NCBI GenBank assembly: GCA_964252035.1
Contig: OZ176205.1
Strand: one strand, 5' to 3'
DNA length: 64,000 bases
DNA from: Podarcis erhardii
Lineage: Eukaryota
The position numbers were made by a program, and so were the translations under genes. The notes below the pieces were generated by a model that saw only the letters and a list, made by a program, of their open reading frames with translations, had not been told where the DNA came from and made no database searches. Shown here one piece after another: positions 35,984 to 48,199 of the stretch. Every line of letters starts with the position of its first letter. Within the stretch, counting starts at the first letter, position 1.

Positions 35984-36309
35984 TTATAAATACTGTATTA
36001 TTGTTGTTACTGTATTTGTTATCAATGCTACACAAATGACTTAGAATTACACTTGGGTCCAGGCTAAGCAAGCTCTGATTTAGTCCCACTTGAAATCGAT
36101 GGGACAAGTTAGCCATGATCAACAGAACTAAAGCATGATTATTATAGTCTAGACTTAATCCATATTGCTTAGTTCCAGTTCTTATTCCATCTCAAGTTAC
36201 TTTTACTCTTGGATAATTTTGATTTCTGATGTTGTACTCCTGTGTTCAGCTAAGGATTTAATATTTTTCCTGGTCTCTCTCTCCCTCCCCCCCAAAAACT
36301 TTTCAAAAG

Positions 36310-36507
36310 ATCTGCCACCCCCAAACCATCTTTCTGCTGTATCACTGGGGAATGGAAGAATCTCTGTTGCATGGGAAGCCCCTATTGCACCTTTCCCTTT
36401 TATTAATGGATATGTTCTACAATGGACAGAGCTCCATCACAGCAGTCACTTGAGAACTCCCATAACCTGGCTCAAAATCCCCATCTCCAATCTCACAGCA
36501 ACAACAG
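36310..36507 (+). CDS. IL12RB2: IL12RB2 FN3 exon (DLPPPNHLSA...WEAP...YVLQWTEL...TWLKIP)
   Basis: Phase 1-1; CAG|GTAAGT donor. Confidence 0.93.
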
Positions 36508-37386
36508 GTAAGTTGCACAGGAGGAGAGTAGTGGGCATCCCTGTGGGCTTTATTAGGGGGAAGGCTGGCTCTGTGCACCTGGCAAAGGATGGTCAATTAC
36601 TGTTTTTTGGATAGCACTTCACCCCCACACACATTAGGTTGCAGCTTTGCACTGCACAATAGTTCGTTCTGCCTTCCAATTTTTCCAGATGGCATGAGAT
36701 TATCTCTTTTGAGCTGCAGCTCTCATCATAGTCACTGGAGGCAAAAGAGGAATTTGTGTCCTGTCAGTCTCAATGAGCTGAGCTCGTCTAATAAAAGCAA
36801 GCTGCTCAACACCTTATTACTACCAAACTCAATGCTAGCTTTCGGTTCCCTCCATGTCCTTTTTATTATTATTGCACATTCAGGATGATTTGTGCTAATG
36901 ATGCTCTCAGGGTGGGCATACATGATCCCACATTCAGTACTGTTTGCAACTGGAAAAGTTTTGGGGTTTGGAAAAGCTTCCTTTCCAGTCAGTGCATAGC
37001 CCACTGCATCCACCTGAAATCCCATAACTTTTTATATCACAAAAGTTGTGGTTTATTTTTCTTTCGCTTTTGAAGTTCTGTAGCCCCTCCAGACAGCAAT
37101 AATGTGATAGCATTGGGGAAGTCTCATAGGACTGGCAAAACAGAATAAATCCACCACTAAAGCATTATTATTATTTTCCTTTGTTCCCTGTTTATTTGGG
37201 TGGGTCCATTTGACTCACAGGAATAGCAGCTTTGTAAATGCAGTGCTCTAAAAACCATGTTTTATACCTATGTCCAATCTATGACTAAATATCAGGTGTT
37301 GTCCAGCCCATGCTTTCCCAAACTAGGCTTGGACTCGGTCTCACAATAGACAGATTTGCATCAAATACCATTATTGTCCTTTCTAG

Positions 37387-37488
37387 AGAGCCTAAAGCCT
37401 AACACCTGTTATCAAATCAGTGTGTTTGCCCTCTACCAGAACAGAGCAGGAAGAGCCGCTTCCACAACAGAAGATGTATCAGCAAAAG
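37387..37488 (+). CDS. IL12RB2: IL12RB2 FN3 exon (ESLKPNTCYQISVFALYQ)
   Basis: Matches human NIKSYICYEIRVYAL; phase 1-1. Confidence 0.93.
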
Positions 37489-37577
37489 GTAAGGGCAAAG
37501 GCACTCCAGACCTAAACATACCTTTGAGACCCAACATAGTCAATTCAGATTTCTCAAGATGATTTCATGTTTTGCAG

Positions 37578-37733
37578 CCCCATTAAAAGGACCTCAAATT
37601 AACACAACAGTAAAAGAAAGAAGCATTTTGGTCTCCTGGCAGGAAATTCCGGACGATCATCGATTGGGCTGCATTGTTCACTTCAAGTTATACTTGCAAA
37701 AGCAATTTGTCATGGTGCCCCCTAAAGTCTACG
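37578..37733 (+). CDS. IL12RB2: IL12RB2 FN3 exon (APLKGPQI...SILVSWQEIP...GCIVHFKLY)
   Basis: Matches human APLSGPHI...GCLLHYRIY; follows an 89-bp intron. Confidence 0.94.
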
Positions 37734-37760
37734 GTAGGTATCTGTTAAAAATTAGGGCTT

Positions 37761-38510
37761 GGCAGAAATGGTTGGCAGCAGATGGAGAAGCTCAGAAGTG
37801 CTTGTTGAAGTTGTAGACTACTGCAAATGCTTGGTGAAAGATGGGTGTGGATGGGAGAAAGTACTGGAGGTGGCAAATCTGTGGCCATACGGATGCTGTT
37901 GAAACTTCCAACTCCCATTGGCTCTAGCCATCATGGTCAAAGGTGATAGGTGTGGGGACTTGCAACATCTGGAGCTGTCCCTCTATGGAAAAAAATGGGA
38001 GCAAAGTTTCTCAACAGAGGGGAGGGGTGCCCTGGCTCCCGTCCCACAACATGACAACAGATGCACAAATCACTTTGATACATTGTTGTCATTCTTTGTT
38101 TTAGCTTAGATTTTGTTAATTAATGCTGGGCATTTTACTGTGAAATCACCGTGAAAGCAAATTTTGGCCGAATTGATATTGGGAGACATCCAGTGATGGT
38201 GCCTGCTTGCGTAAGGGGACTTCGTTTCTTTTCCCTTGATGCACCCTCAAAACACGCTCTGGAGAAGATCCCAATCCTCTGGAGCAGATTTCAGGGATGT
38301 GCAAGGAGGAGCTGCAGAGGGGACGGGAGGAAGGACAATCTCTGCTGCACAAGCGGGAGCCACACTGGGTTTCACTTCAGAAACAAATTAACTGCTGAGA
38401 CCCTAGGCAGAAATGGTTGGCAGCAGATGGAGAAGCTCAGAAGTGCTTGTTGAAGTTGTAGACTACTGCAAATGCTTGGTGAAAGATGGGTGTGGATGGG
38501 AGAAAGTACT
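37761..38510. repeat. Perfect 105-bp direct repeat (37761-37865 and 38406-38510) flanking 540 bp
   Basis: Base-by-base comparison shows the two copies are identical. Confidence 0.95.
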
Positions 38511-38584
38511 TGTGACTTGATACTAGCTGATACTCATATTTCCCTCATTCTCTTCCTTTTCAACCCTCTCCCCACTCCCAACAG

Positions 38585-38719
38585 ATATACCTAGCACAGC
38601 CCCACAGCCGTTCTCTGTAAGAAGTGTAGAGCCTGGTGCTGCATATGTTTTATGGATGACAGCTTCCACAAAAGCTGGAGAGAGCCCTGAAGGAAACAAA
38701 CAAGAGGTTTACATAAAAG
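38585..38719 (+). CDS. IL12RB2: IL12RB2 last FN3 exon (DIPSTAPQPF...YVLWMTASTKAGESPEGN)
   Basis: Matches human YVLWMTALTAAGESSHGN; weak donor AG|GTCATA placed by protein alignment. Confidence 0.88.
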
Positions 38720-39278
38720 GTCATAATTGGGGGGGGGGGTAAATGTTTTGGCTCCATAGTAGTACACTGAAGGCACTTCCAACTTTGCACACCACAGGAT
38801 GAGCTACTGGCATTCAAGACAGTTTTGGGGGAAGAGTTTGGTCACCGGTGTGGGTGGATGTATCAGCTTGGCTCAGATGTAGTTCTGCCTATCAAGCATC
38901 ATTAGGAATGCAAAAGCTGGCCTATACTGAATCAAGCCATTTGTCTAGCTCAGTATTGTCTGTAATGACAATGGCTCTCCAGGGTTTCAGGCAAGGGTCT
39001 CTCCCAGCCTTATCTGAAGACTGAATCATCTGCATGCAAATAATTTGTTCTGCCACAAAGTTGTGCCATTTCCTCAACATAGTGAACAGCATCATACATC
39101 TGAAATAATACTAGTTCTGCATAAGAATTGCAAGAATTGCTGAACGCATCAGAGAAGCGCATCTCAGATTTTTAGCAATAGGTTAGAGAATGTTTTAAAG
39201 CTCCCTTCCCATTAGAAGAAGTTGGCATAATTATGATAAAGAAGTCTTTCTAAAGTAACAGATATCTTGCACTTACAG

Positions 39279-39366
39279 ATGCACCCAGCTGGGGTTCTGC
39301 TCTAACAATCTGCATTATTGTGGGTCTTTCCATCTGTCTCTGCTTTGTGCCATCCATTAGGCAAAT
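39279..39366 (+). CDS. IL12RB2: IL12RB2 transmembrane exon (DAPSWGSALTICIIVGLSICLCFVPSIRQM)
   Basis: ttacag / GTAAGT; phase 1-2; hydrophobic helix. Confidence 0.88.
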
Positions 39367-40015
39367 GTAAGTGAATGCTTTCTTTCTAAACATTTAACAG
39401 CATGCAAATGGTATACTGAAGAACAGTAGTGTAATGATAAAAAAATGCATACAGTGTTCAGGTTACATGGTCAGGCCCTATGCTCATTAAACCCAAACTC
39501 CAAATCTCCTGTTGGCTTCTCAATAGGTTTTAAACGGAAAACTCCAAAGAGAATAAAAAACGTTGTGACTTTTACAAGTTAACAACAAATCTGATTTTGA
39601 CAATTTCAGTACTTCAGTGCATCTCTGAGGAACACTCTGGAAATCTATGCAACAGGAGAGTGTTAATGAGCCAATAGTGGCTCATAGGCGGCTTATGTCA
39701 GGAGATTTAAAAGAGGATACACAGCTTCATGATGTGACCCTCCCCCAGCCAAGAGTACTAGGAGGTAGAAGGTCCAACCAAAGGAGCTCCATGGATACAG
39801 CAGTTTCTTGGAATAGGAAGAAACAGCACAGAGAATGGCTTGAGTGTGAAGGAAAGTAAGAAAAAAGGAGAAATAAAAGTGAGCGGCCACAATGTGGTTA
39901 AGGAAGCAGAATTAGTGGCAGGGGTGGTGTATGTTGCACATATAGATAAGGGGGACATTTTGGTGTGAGTTTCTTGGGTTTAGGAGCATCAGTAGTCCTA
40001 AGATAAAGGACCATA

Positions 40016-40366
40016 AAGGTAAAGGGACCCCTGACCATTAGGTCCAGTCGTGGCAGACTCTGGGGTTGTGGCACTCATCTCGCTTTATTGACCGAGGGAG
40101 CCGGCATACAGCTTCCGGGTCATGTGGCCAGCATGACTAGGCCGCTTCTGGCGAACCAGAGGAGCACATGGAAACACCGTTTACCTTCCCACTGGAGAGG
40201 TACCTATTTATCTACTTGCACTTTGAGGTGCTTTCGAACTGCTAGGTTGGCAGAAGCTGGGACCGAGCAACGGGCACTCACCCTGTCGTGGGGATTCGAA
40301 TCGCCGACCTTCTGATCGGCAAGTCCTAGGCTCTGTGGTTTAACCCACAGCACCACCCGTGTCCCA
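40016..40366 (-). mobile_element. Full-length Sauria-type SINE (tRNA head, BovB-related tail)
   Basis: Minus strand GGGACACGGGTGGTGCTGTGGGTTAAACC...GATTCGAATCCCC, ends ACCTT tail; 17-bp TSD TAAGATAAAGGACCATA (39999-40015, 40367-40383). Confidence 0.93.
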
Positions 40367-40630
40367 TAAGATAAAGGACCATAGCTGAATGCTAACCATA
40401 ATTACTACAATTTTTAACTTGAATATGATTATCATAAAACAGAGACATAGAGGCCGAGCCATTTAACTTCATTTGGCCCTGCAGAGACCCCATCAACATA
40501 AGGAAAACAGCATCATGTATAAAATCCCAGCATATTGTGCTAGAAACATGTCTCCTTGCATAACTATCTGGATTAGTAGTTCACAAATAGATTTGCAAGT
40601 ACTGTATTGTTTTGTACTGTTTCCTTCTAG

Positions 40631-40730
40631 GCTTTCCTCACTACTTTCTGTTCTGCTTTGTGGGTGGCATGGAAAAGCTGTTCCAGATCCAGCCAACTCT
40701 TCATGTACTAAAGAGTTTGCATCTGTAGAG
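40631..40730 (+). CDS. IL12RB2: IL12RB2 Box1 exon (LSSLLSVLLCGWHGKAVPDPANSSCTKEF)
   Basis: PDPANS conserved; phase 2-0; GAG|GTAAGC donor. Confidence 0.95.
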
Positions 40731-41071
40731 GTAAGCTTGCCTGTCACTGGTGTCACCTGTAGGAATCTCTTTGCTGATGTGCTAGTTTCTGCAAAGAGCC
40801 AAATAGCTGCCTTAAATAGCTGGCCAGCAGAGAAACAACTGCAGAAGATGCAAATAATTTTGCTACTGCCATTTGCCAGCAGGGAAAAAGAAAGGAAATT
40901 TTGTTCCTGGTAACTTTCTCTCACACAAATTTCATAGCTTGCTAAATGCTGTAGCAAGTTCCCGGCCACTGTGCAGAATCACTGGCTTTTATGGAAAAGC
41001 AGTTTGCTTTTAGGGAAAGGTAGAAAATACTTGTGCGTTAACTGAAATTTCTCCCCTATCTCCTCAAAAAG

Positions 41072-41608
41072 GGTGAACACAGCTTCTATTCTACACAGTT
41101 CCTAAAGAACCAGAACAGCATTGAAGAGCCTGAAACTCTACAAATAGAGGAGGTCCTCATGAAGTGGCAACAGATGCCATCTGTGGATGTGTCCCTCTTC
41201 AAACCCACAGAGGAAGGAGGAGGGAGCCACAACTGGCCAACTGCTGTCAGCTTCCAGGAAGAGGATTCAATTGTGAAAAACTTGGACTATGACCCTTTGA
41301 TCACCAGCAGGACAGATGATGCCAGCCAGCACCAGCTGCTGCCTTTGTACAGAAAGGTTGGACCCGAAGAACCAAGTCAAGGGCAGGGATTTTCAGTGTA
41401 CCTTGCCAGTCCACATGGCAATGTAACAGTGGACTACTTACCGACTATTTCACCTGCCATTATGGACACTGGTGAAGACAACGGCGAATCTGAACTAAAC
41501 CCATTATTTATTTTCCAAAGAACCTCTTTTCTACCACAGACATGCCCCTTTGGTGGAAAGCTTACTCTAGACGCTATACAAATGGACTGTGATTCTTTCA
41601 CAGAGTAA
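41072..41608 (+). CDS. IL12RB2: IL12RB2 terminal exon, cytoplasmic tail
   Basis: EEPETLQIEEVL (Box2-like), LYRKV, DYLPT (human STAT4 site GYLPS), GGKLTLDAIQMDCDS C-terminus. Confidence 0.95.
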   Translation, partial: GEHSFYSTQFLKNQNSIEEPETLQIEEVLMKWQQMPSVDVSLFKPTEEGGGSHNWPTAVSFQEEDSIVKNLDYDPLITSRTDDASQHQLLPLYRKVGPEEPSQGQGFSVYLASPHGNVTVDYLPTISPAIMDTGEDNGESELNPLFIFQRTSFLPQTCPFGGKLTLDAIQMDCDSFTE

Positions 41609-44600
41609 GGCCTCATTCATGTAACATCTTATCCAGGAATGCTTTAAACTTAATGGGAGTAGACAGGATATAGCACAACAGGCCTTCCTTAATCCCCTCA
41701 CCACCTTCATGTGAAACCTAGCATGAGGAAGTTCATGAGGACAAAGTCCCTTATTTAGGTTTCAGCATAAATATGAGGTAGTAATTGCTGCACCAGCTCA
41801 GTCACACAAGAAATGAAAGTTAAAAAGTTGCCATATCTAGAATAAAGTGAGAATGTATATCAAAAGTGGTTTCAGAGAACTGTGGGTTGTAGCCAAGTTA
41901 GCCCATTTAGGAAAGGAATTCTGCCTATGCAGCCAGACTTCTCCCCGTGTGCCCCCATCTGCTCCCAAGGGTTGAGGGAACCCCTAGAACAGATGTGGGG
42001 ACATGTGGAGAGGAAATCCTGTTGTGCAGGTCAAAGTCCTTGTTCTAACAGGATGTCTTCATTGGATACAATCCTGAATGTGTATGAAGCTCCCAGTTAA
42101 AAAACCAAACAGGCTGCAACGCAGAGGAGTGTGAGGGAGATGTTTGATCCCAGTGGGACTTTCTGGCTGTTGGCTCTTCTCAAAGAGAAGCCCCCTTCTC
42201 TTCTACTCCATTGCATAGCAAGCATCCATTGTCCACAGTCCATGAACAATGTGGATGTTATGCGTTGCCCTTGCCTCTCAAGCCTAAAGAGGTAATATTT
42301 TGAGACTGGAAAATCTGAAGTCCAGCACAGGCATTCAGGTCCACCATTTTACAGTTCATTGTCTGAGGATGTATCTAAATCAACATCATGATATTGTGTA
42401 ATAATTTCCCTACACAGCCTAGATTATTGGGTTTAGATGCAGGAAAAATAAGGCCCCAATTCCTAAAAGAGTTGTGGTAAGAATAACACACTACCAGGAT
42501 AGGATACTAAAGTGACAAAAGACACAAATATTAACAGATATCCACTGAATATCCCCAGAAAAGCATCACTTTATAGCCAATTATTATGGTAGTAGCATAA
42601 TACCTCTACCACCATAATACTTGCCTCTCATCTTCTACAGGTTATTAAGACTGCCATCATCTCTTCCTCATCTCACACATGGCAAGGTAGCTCTAGACAC
42701 TAAAGTGTAGTGATTATTTGCAGTTTCCATTGTAGCAATAATAAAAATGTACCCAAAACAATGTTTTCTGTGTAATAAACCCTATTTTCCCCAACAGTAG
42801 CAGAAGTAACAAAGAAACAGGGAGAATGAATCAGCACTGCCAGAAATAAATGAATGAACCAATGCAGATTCAGAGTTCATTGTGTTAATTAAAAAGTAGA
42901 GAAGAGCTAAAAACATAGTTTAATTTTCAAATCCTATGCATGCATTTTCAAGTGATTCCCCATACATTTTCAATGTAGGAAACCTGAAACACAACCCCAT
43001 TCTTTCCAATAGACACCAGCATTGCCTAGCTTATAAGATCTTCCACAGTAAAATGTGTTTACTAAAACAATCTTACCTTTACAGCATGCTCTCTCTCAAT
43101 TTTCTGCCTTCTTTAACATTTGCTATTCCTAATTTGCAATTTCTAAATGCTTGTATGAAATGCCATATGGCTAAGATCTCAATGGAACAACTCAGTCTGT
43201 GATAGTGGAGCAGAAACCTTCATTTTTCTTGCAGACATGAAATGAGTTCTGCAGCTATTTAATCATAGGCACCTGGCAACTTTTGCACAACTTCAGCTGA
43301 CTCCTGTTGACAGAGTATCACTGCTACTAATTCCTTGAAAGAAAATTCCAATTATTGGGTGTCCTCAGGTAAGGCAGGTGAGGCTCTTATAGTAGTAATG
43401 AGTAGTAACTTATGGCAGGTTTGACCTGTTATGGCTGGAAAATTCTGAGATTTCTACTTTGCCTTGTTATAAAAATTGTCATTTTAACAAAGCAGCCATT
43501 CCAGGTTGCCTGCAATGCCTAAACAATATATTTTATTAAAAGAACAAGAACAAGGTTTGGCTTGAAGCTCCACCAGATGTCAGTTTATTGTGCTATTGAT
43601 GCCTACTCCCAAGATATACCTTGGTCACTGTGTTTCTCTAGAGCAGGGCTAGCCAACCTCTCCAGAGGTTTCAGATGAAAACTCACCATCCCTGACCCAT
43701 TGGCCACGCTGCTTTGGGCTGATGGGAGTTTTAAACCACATTACATAAGGATAATAGTTTCATCACCACTTAGCTTGCCTCTTGTTCTTTCTAGGGTAGA
43801 TTAAAGCCAAACTGTGGTTTTCTTTCAGCCTTTAAATCCCTGGTAGTGAGCTCATGGGTTGCTCTCCAAGAATAACTGATCGTAAGAGCAGGTCCTTAAA
43901 ACAAGAGCTTACCAAGTTGAAGGATTTACACTTTTTTTTTTTACACTTTCTTCCATTATCACTCCCTCTATTTCCAAATCACATCTTTCCCAGTTGTCCA
44001 GATGTATCAAAAACTGCATGAACACACACATGCACAGAGAGAGACAGACCCAGAGGTTAGCAGGAATAGGGGGGAAATAACTAGAAAAATCCTAAGAGGG
44101 GGGACCGCAGAAGCAGCCCAATGAGGACTTAAGAGGGCATGGAGTCCTGTGTGTGTGAAAACAGGTTGGAGGGGGAAAGGCATGGAGTGACTGGAAAATG
44201 AAAGCTGAGGAAGAGACTTATCAACAATGAGAAGCTATTTTTAAATGTCCGCAAGGACAAAGTGAGAGCTATTGACATAAATCGGTGGAGAAATTGAACA
44301 TTTTAAGGTAGCTGGGATTGGATATGTGTGCTAACCTCACCCAAAAGCACCGGGGTGTGTGTGTGTTCAAAGCTGCCTAGTGAGAACAGTGCATGCTCGT
44401 TGGGAAAGGGAACTATGGACTATAGAATGGAGTGACTGGAACCTTGAACAAAAGCACTTCATACTGCAACATTTTGTTACAGGGCTCCATGTTTCGACTG
44501 CCAGTCCTTGCATAACCAAACTGACCACCAATGCACAAGGGATAAGTGTAAGCAGACTTGGGGCAACCCAGAATTTGGAAACACTACAAAAGGTCTTTAA

Positions 44601-45804
44601 CGGGGGGGGGGGGAATCCCAAGGGAGGAGTAGAATGCAGCAGCTGGAATCCTGAACAGCAGCACCTCACATTGAAATGTCTTGTTAGAGGCTCCATGGGT
44701 CTCTGCTAGTGCAAGATGACCAGGTTAAAATGGTAGTAAGACGACAAGCTGGGGGACCTTCCAGCACAACAGAAGTGGTATTGGGCGAACCTTCAGAAGG
44801 GGGAATCTGCAAAAATCACACATCGCTCCAGTGGGGAGTTACAACTAGAGTGGAGCCCTTCCGTTCATGGAACTGGGCAGACTGGATCCAATGTTCTGGA
44901 TTTTGTACCACACAATTCCAAGACAGCAAAGATATATTGCAACAGGACACAAACATTTACATCAACAATGTCTTAACCCCTCCATAATTTGCAGTTAACA
45001 GTTGCATCAGAAGTAACAGTAGAAGACTGTTCTTTCTATAGCACTTAAGATGAATTACAACTCTGCCTTTACATGCGCACCTTGTTCATTTAGATACACT
45101 TCTTAGGTAGCCTTGTGAGCTCTTCTCCAGCACCACATACTGCAGTACTTCTGAGCATTGCACACAGAGACCCTTGCTGCTATTGATTTACACAAAGCGT
45201 AAATGCACCTAAAATGCAATTGTGTTATCCCAGAGTGATTGGTCTCACCACTTTCCCAAATAAATTTGTATTGATCCAAGGTTGTATAGACCAAATCTAA
45301 CAACTGCAATTTCCCATGTGTTGGGAGCATTCCACCATGCAGTGCCACACTTGACAGAAGCTAGTCTGAAAACAGCTTAGATTTGCAATGTTTTAACGCT
45401 GATCTAACTTAAGAGGCACCAAATGCCTATTTTTGACATGCAGCATCAATCCCACCCGTATAATGGGAACGGTAGCCTTCTTTGTGGTCAATTTCCCCTA
45501 ACAGAAGGGTTTTGGAGCTGCCACTGACTTGTATGATGTTTTATACACTTTTGAAAAATGAAAGCCTGGTGAAGATTCAAGTTCCAGTTGAAGCTTTCTA
45601 TTGATACGTTAGTAATTCACTCTCTGGCTGGGCACCTACTGTTAAGAGCACCATGGATCAACCCCTTTCCATTACCCTTTGTGTCTCACTAAATCTAGCT
45701 CAGATTATACCTCTTTTTCAGAGGAAGCAATCCCAGCTTCTTTTAAAGTTCACAAGATGGTTCTGTGTCGAGGAAGACTACCAACTCCATCTGGTACTCC
45801 ATCT

Positions 45805-46392
45805 GAGATCCTACCTACCTACGCACTGTCTTGCCAGAGTGGTGCATGCTTTGGTCACTTCCCACTTGGACTACTGCAATGCGCTCAGCATGGGGCCACC
45901 TTTGAAATGATTTGGAAACTACAATTAATCCTGAATGTGGCTGCCAGGATGGTGACTGGGAGCAGCCACTGGGACTGTAGAACACTGGTCCTTAAAAAAC
46001 TGGCTCATAGTACATTTCAGAGAACAATTACTGGTGACCTTTAAAGCGCTAAATGGCCTCTGCCCAGTATACCTGAAGGAGCGTCTCCACTCCCATCATC
46101 CAGCCAGGACATGGAGGTCCAGTTCTGAGGACCTTCTGGTGGTTCCTTCATTTCAAGACGTTACAGGGAACCAGGCAGAGGGCCTTCTTGGGTAGTGGCG
46201 CCCGCTCTGTGGAATGCCCTCCCATCAGATGTAGAAGAGATAAAATGATTATGCAACTTTCCACAGACATCTGAAGGTAGCCCTGTATCAGGAAGCTTTT
46301 AATATCTGTTGTTTCAGTTCTGTTATACTCTACTGGAAGCTACCCAGTGTGGTAGGGCAACCCAGTCAGATGGGCGGAGTATTAAATATATA
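45805..46392 (+). mobile_element. L2 LINE 3' fragment
   Basis: VVHALVTSHLDYCNAL, KLQLILNVAAR and CAGTATACCTGAAGGAGCGTCTC, typical of amniote L2. Confidence 0.8.
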
Positions 46393-48199
46393 AGTGATTT
46401 GCCTGGTGAGTCCTGGTGACGTATGACACAATCAGATGATGTGCAAGTAGCATGTGTTTCTTTTAAAAAAACTCCAATTCTCTCAACCTTGTACAAGATC
46501 ACCTCAAGTAGCATGAAACATGAGAGGAAAGAAGAGCTGGAACATATACTTTCAGTGCTTTTCCAAAGAACTGGCTACATATTCTGAGGATTCCAACAAG
46601 AGCTGTATTTCAGCCTTCTTCATCACTTTTATACCCACAAAGTCCAATATGCTATGATCCTATCCATTCTTGAAGAGATCATCTCTACAGCCCCTAAAGT
46701 ATTCAGAAAAGACGTTTTATATACAGAAACCCATACAATCCACTGCATGTGTGCTTAAAAATAAAGCCAGTGTGAATAAATAAATGAATTAAAATGGTAA
46801 CTAGACACTTTTTTGGCGCCTACAACCCAGGTCCCAGGAGCCACATGGCTCCTACCTTTTCTATCCCAGTTTTGAACACTGCTTCAAAGCCTACAACACT
46901 GAAATCAAGTCATTGTGACCGGCAACCAAAATGACTGTATGACATATGAGAAATGTAGTCTGTAGATTTCCCACACAAAATAAATGGGGATTGTTTTCTG
47001 ATGGCTAATCGTAGCAGGTTGAGGGATCCTAACTTCCAGAGTATTAGGTTCATAGCAAGGAATGTTGAAATGTGAATACATGAATAAAAATATGTGGATA
47101 CAAGCAACCAAAAATCTCTCCTGCAATGTATGCAAATTGCTAACAGCAGAATTTGATCTACACATCCTATTTTTTGTAGAAATACATTGTTCATTAATTT
47201 CCAAACGCTAAGACTTTATGGTGCTCTACAGTCTATATTCTTCTAAAAACTGTTATTTATTTGCTCATAATTGTCTCTCCTCCCATTATTTTAATATGCT
47301 ATAGCTTACTGTACAGCTTTTCTACTTTACTGTGTGCACAAGTGAAAACTATTTCAAAACCTCAGAAGCTTCACCATATGCATTTTCATAGCAGAGGCAG
47401 GCAGACTTCAGGCTTCTGTTTGTTTGTTTTTTACTAGAATTCTGGGTTCTGTCAATTAAGAGCCAAACTGGTGGCTCAGGGGGCAGCGCCAGTGACAATA
47501 TGCTGCATCCTTCAAAGTGTACACTTGCGTGACCACACCTACAGGAATCAATTCACATCTGGAGCTACTTATGGATCAATGATTCCAATTAAAAATATAC
47601 CAGGGGAGCTGCACAACTTGGTCAAAGACAAGTGAGGAAGATAAAAATGAGTGACAAAACTGACAACCCCAAAGCCAGTCATTTTGAGTTCATGGCTGAG
47701 AATAGTGGTGGTGGACATTTGTAACCAACCTCTACTGAACAGAGCTGGAATAGTGTATCCTCCATCACAGAACACATTCCAACACGAGTAGCCACATCCC
47801 AGCCATGGATCATATCCAACACTGTTCAGCTACCACAATGGAACCTGCCCCTCTTCTCCAGGTTCCTCCATAACTCAGCATCTGTTCCAGAGGATTGGAG
47901 GACCCTCCAGGGCAGACTTTGAAGGCACACAGGGAGGACAAATGGAGAAATCCATTGTGCAAGTGCAACTCCCAATGCGGAGTGTTGGATATAAGCCCAT
48001 ATTCACTTGGGCAGAATGTCAATGGGGCCTACCCTCAATGTGGACCACGATCGAAGAAGTCAAAACCAAAATGAACCAACCCAACTAAAGCTGCATGCAA
48101 AGTACTTACACAAAGTCTGATTCAAATCAGTAGGAAAATTGCTTATGAACCTGCAAATTCCAGAAAATGCAGAGTATTTCTGCACACAGCTATTCATTT

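Larger units (their letters stand above)
23506..41608 (+). other. IL12RB2: IL12RB2 gene (Ig-like D1, CHR with WSDWS, three FN3, TM, Box1, tail); about 840 aa
   Basis: 14 GT-AG exons from 25159 to 41608 join with consistent phases and match recalled human IL12RB2 exon by exon; located between IL23R and SERBP1. Confidence 0.95.

Noticed and set aside
44359-44709. ORF containing EWSDW, suggesting an extra cytokine-receptor exon
   Set aside because: No polypyrimidine acceptor, no conserved FN3 pattern, and IL12RB2 is already complete upstream; likely chance.
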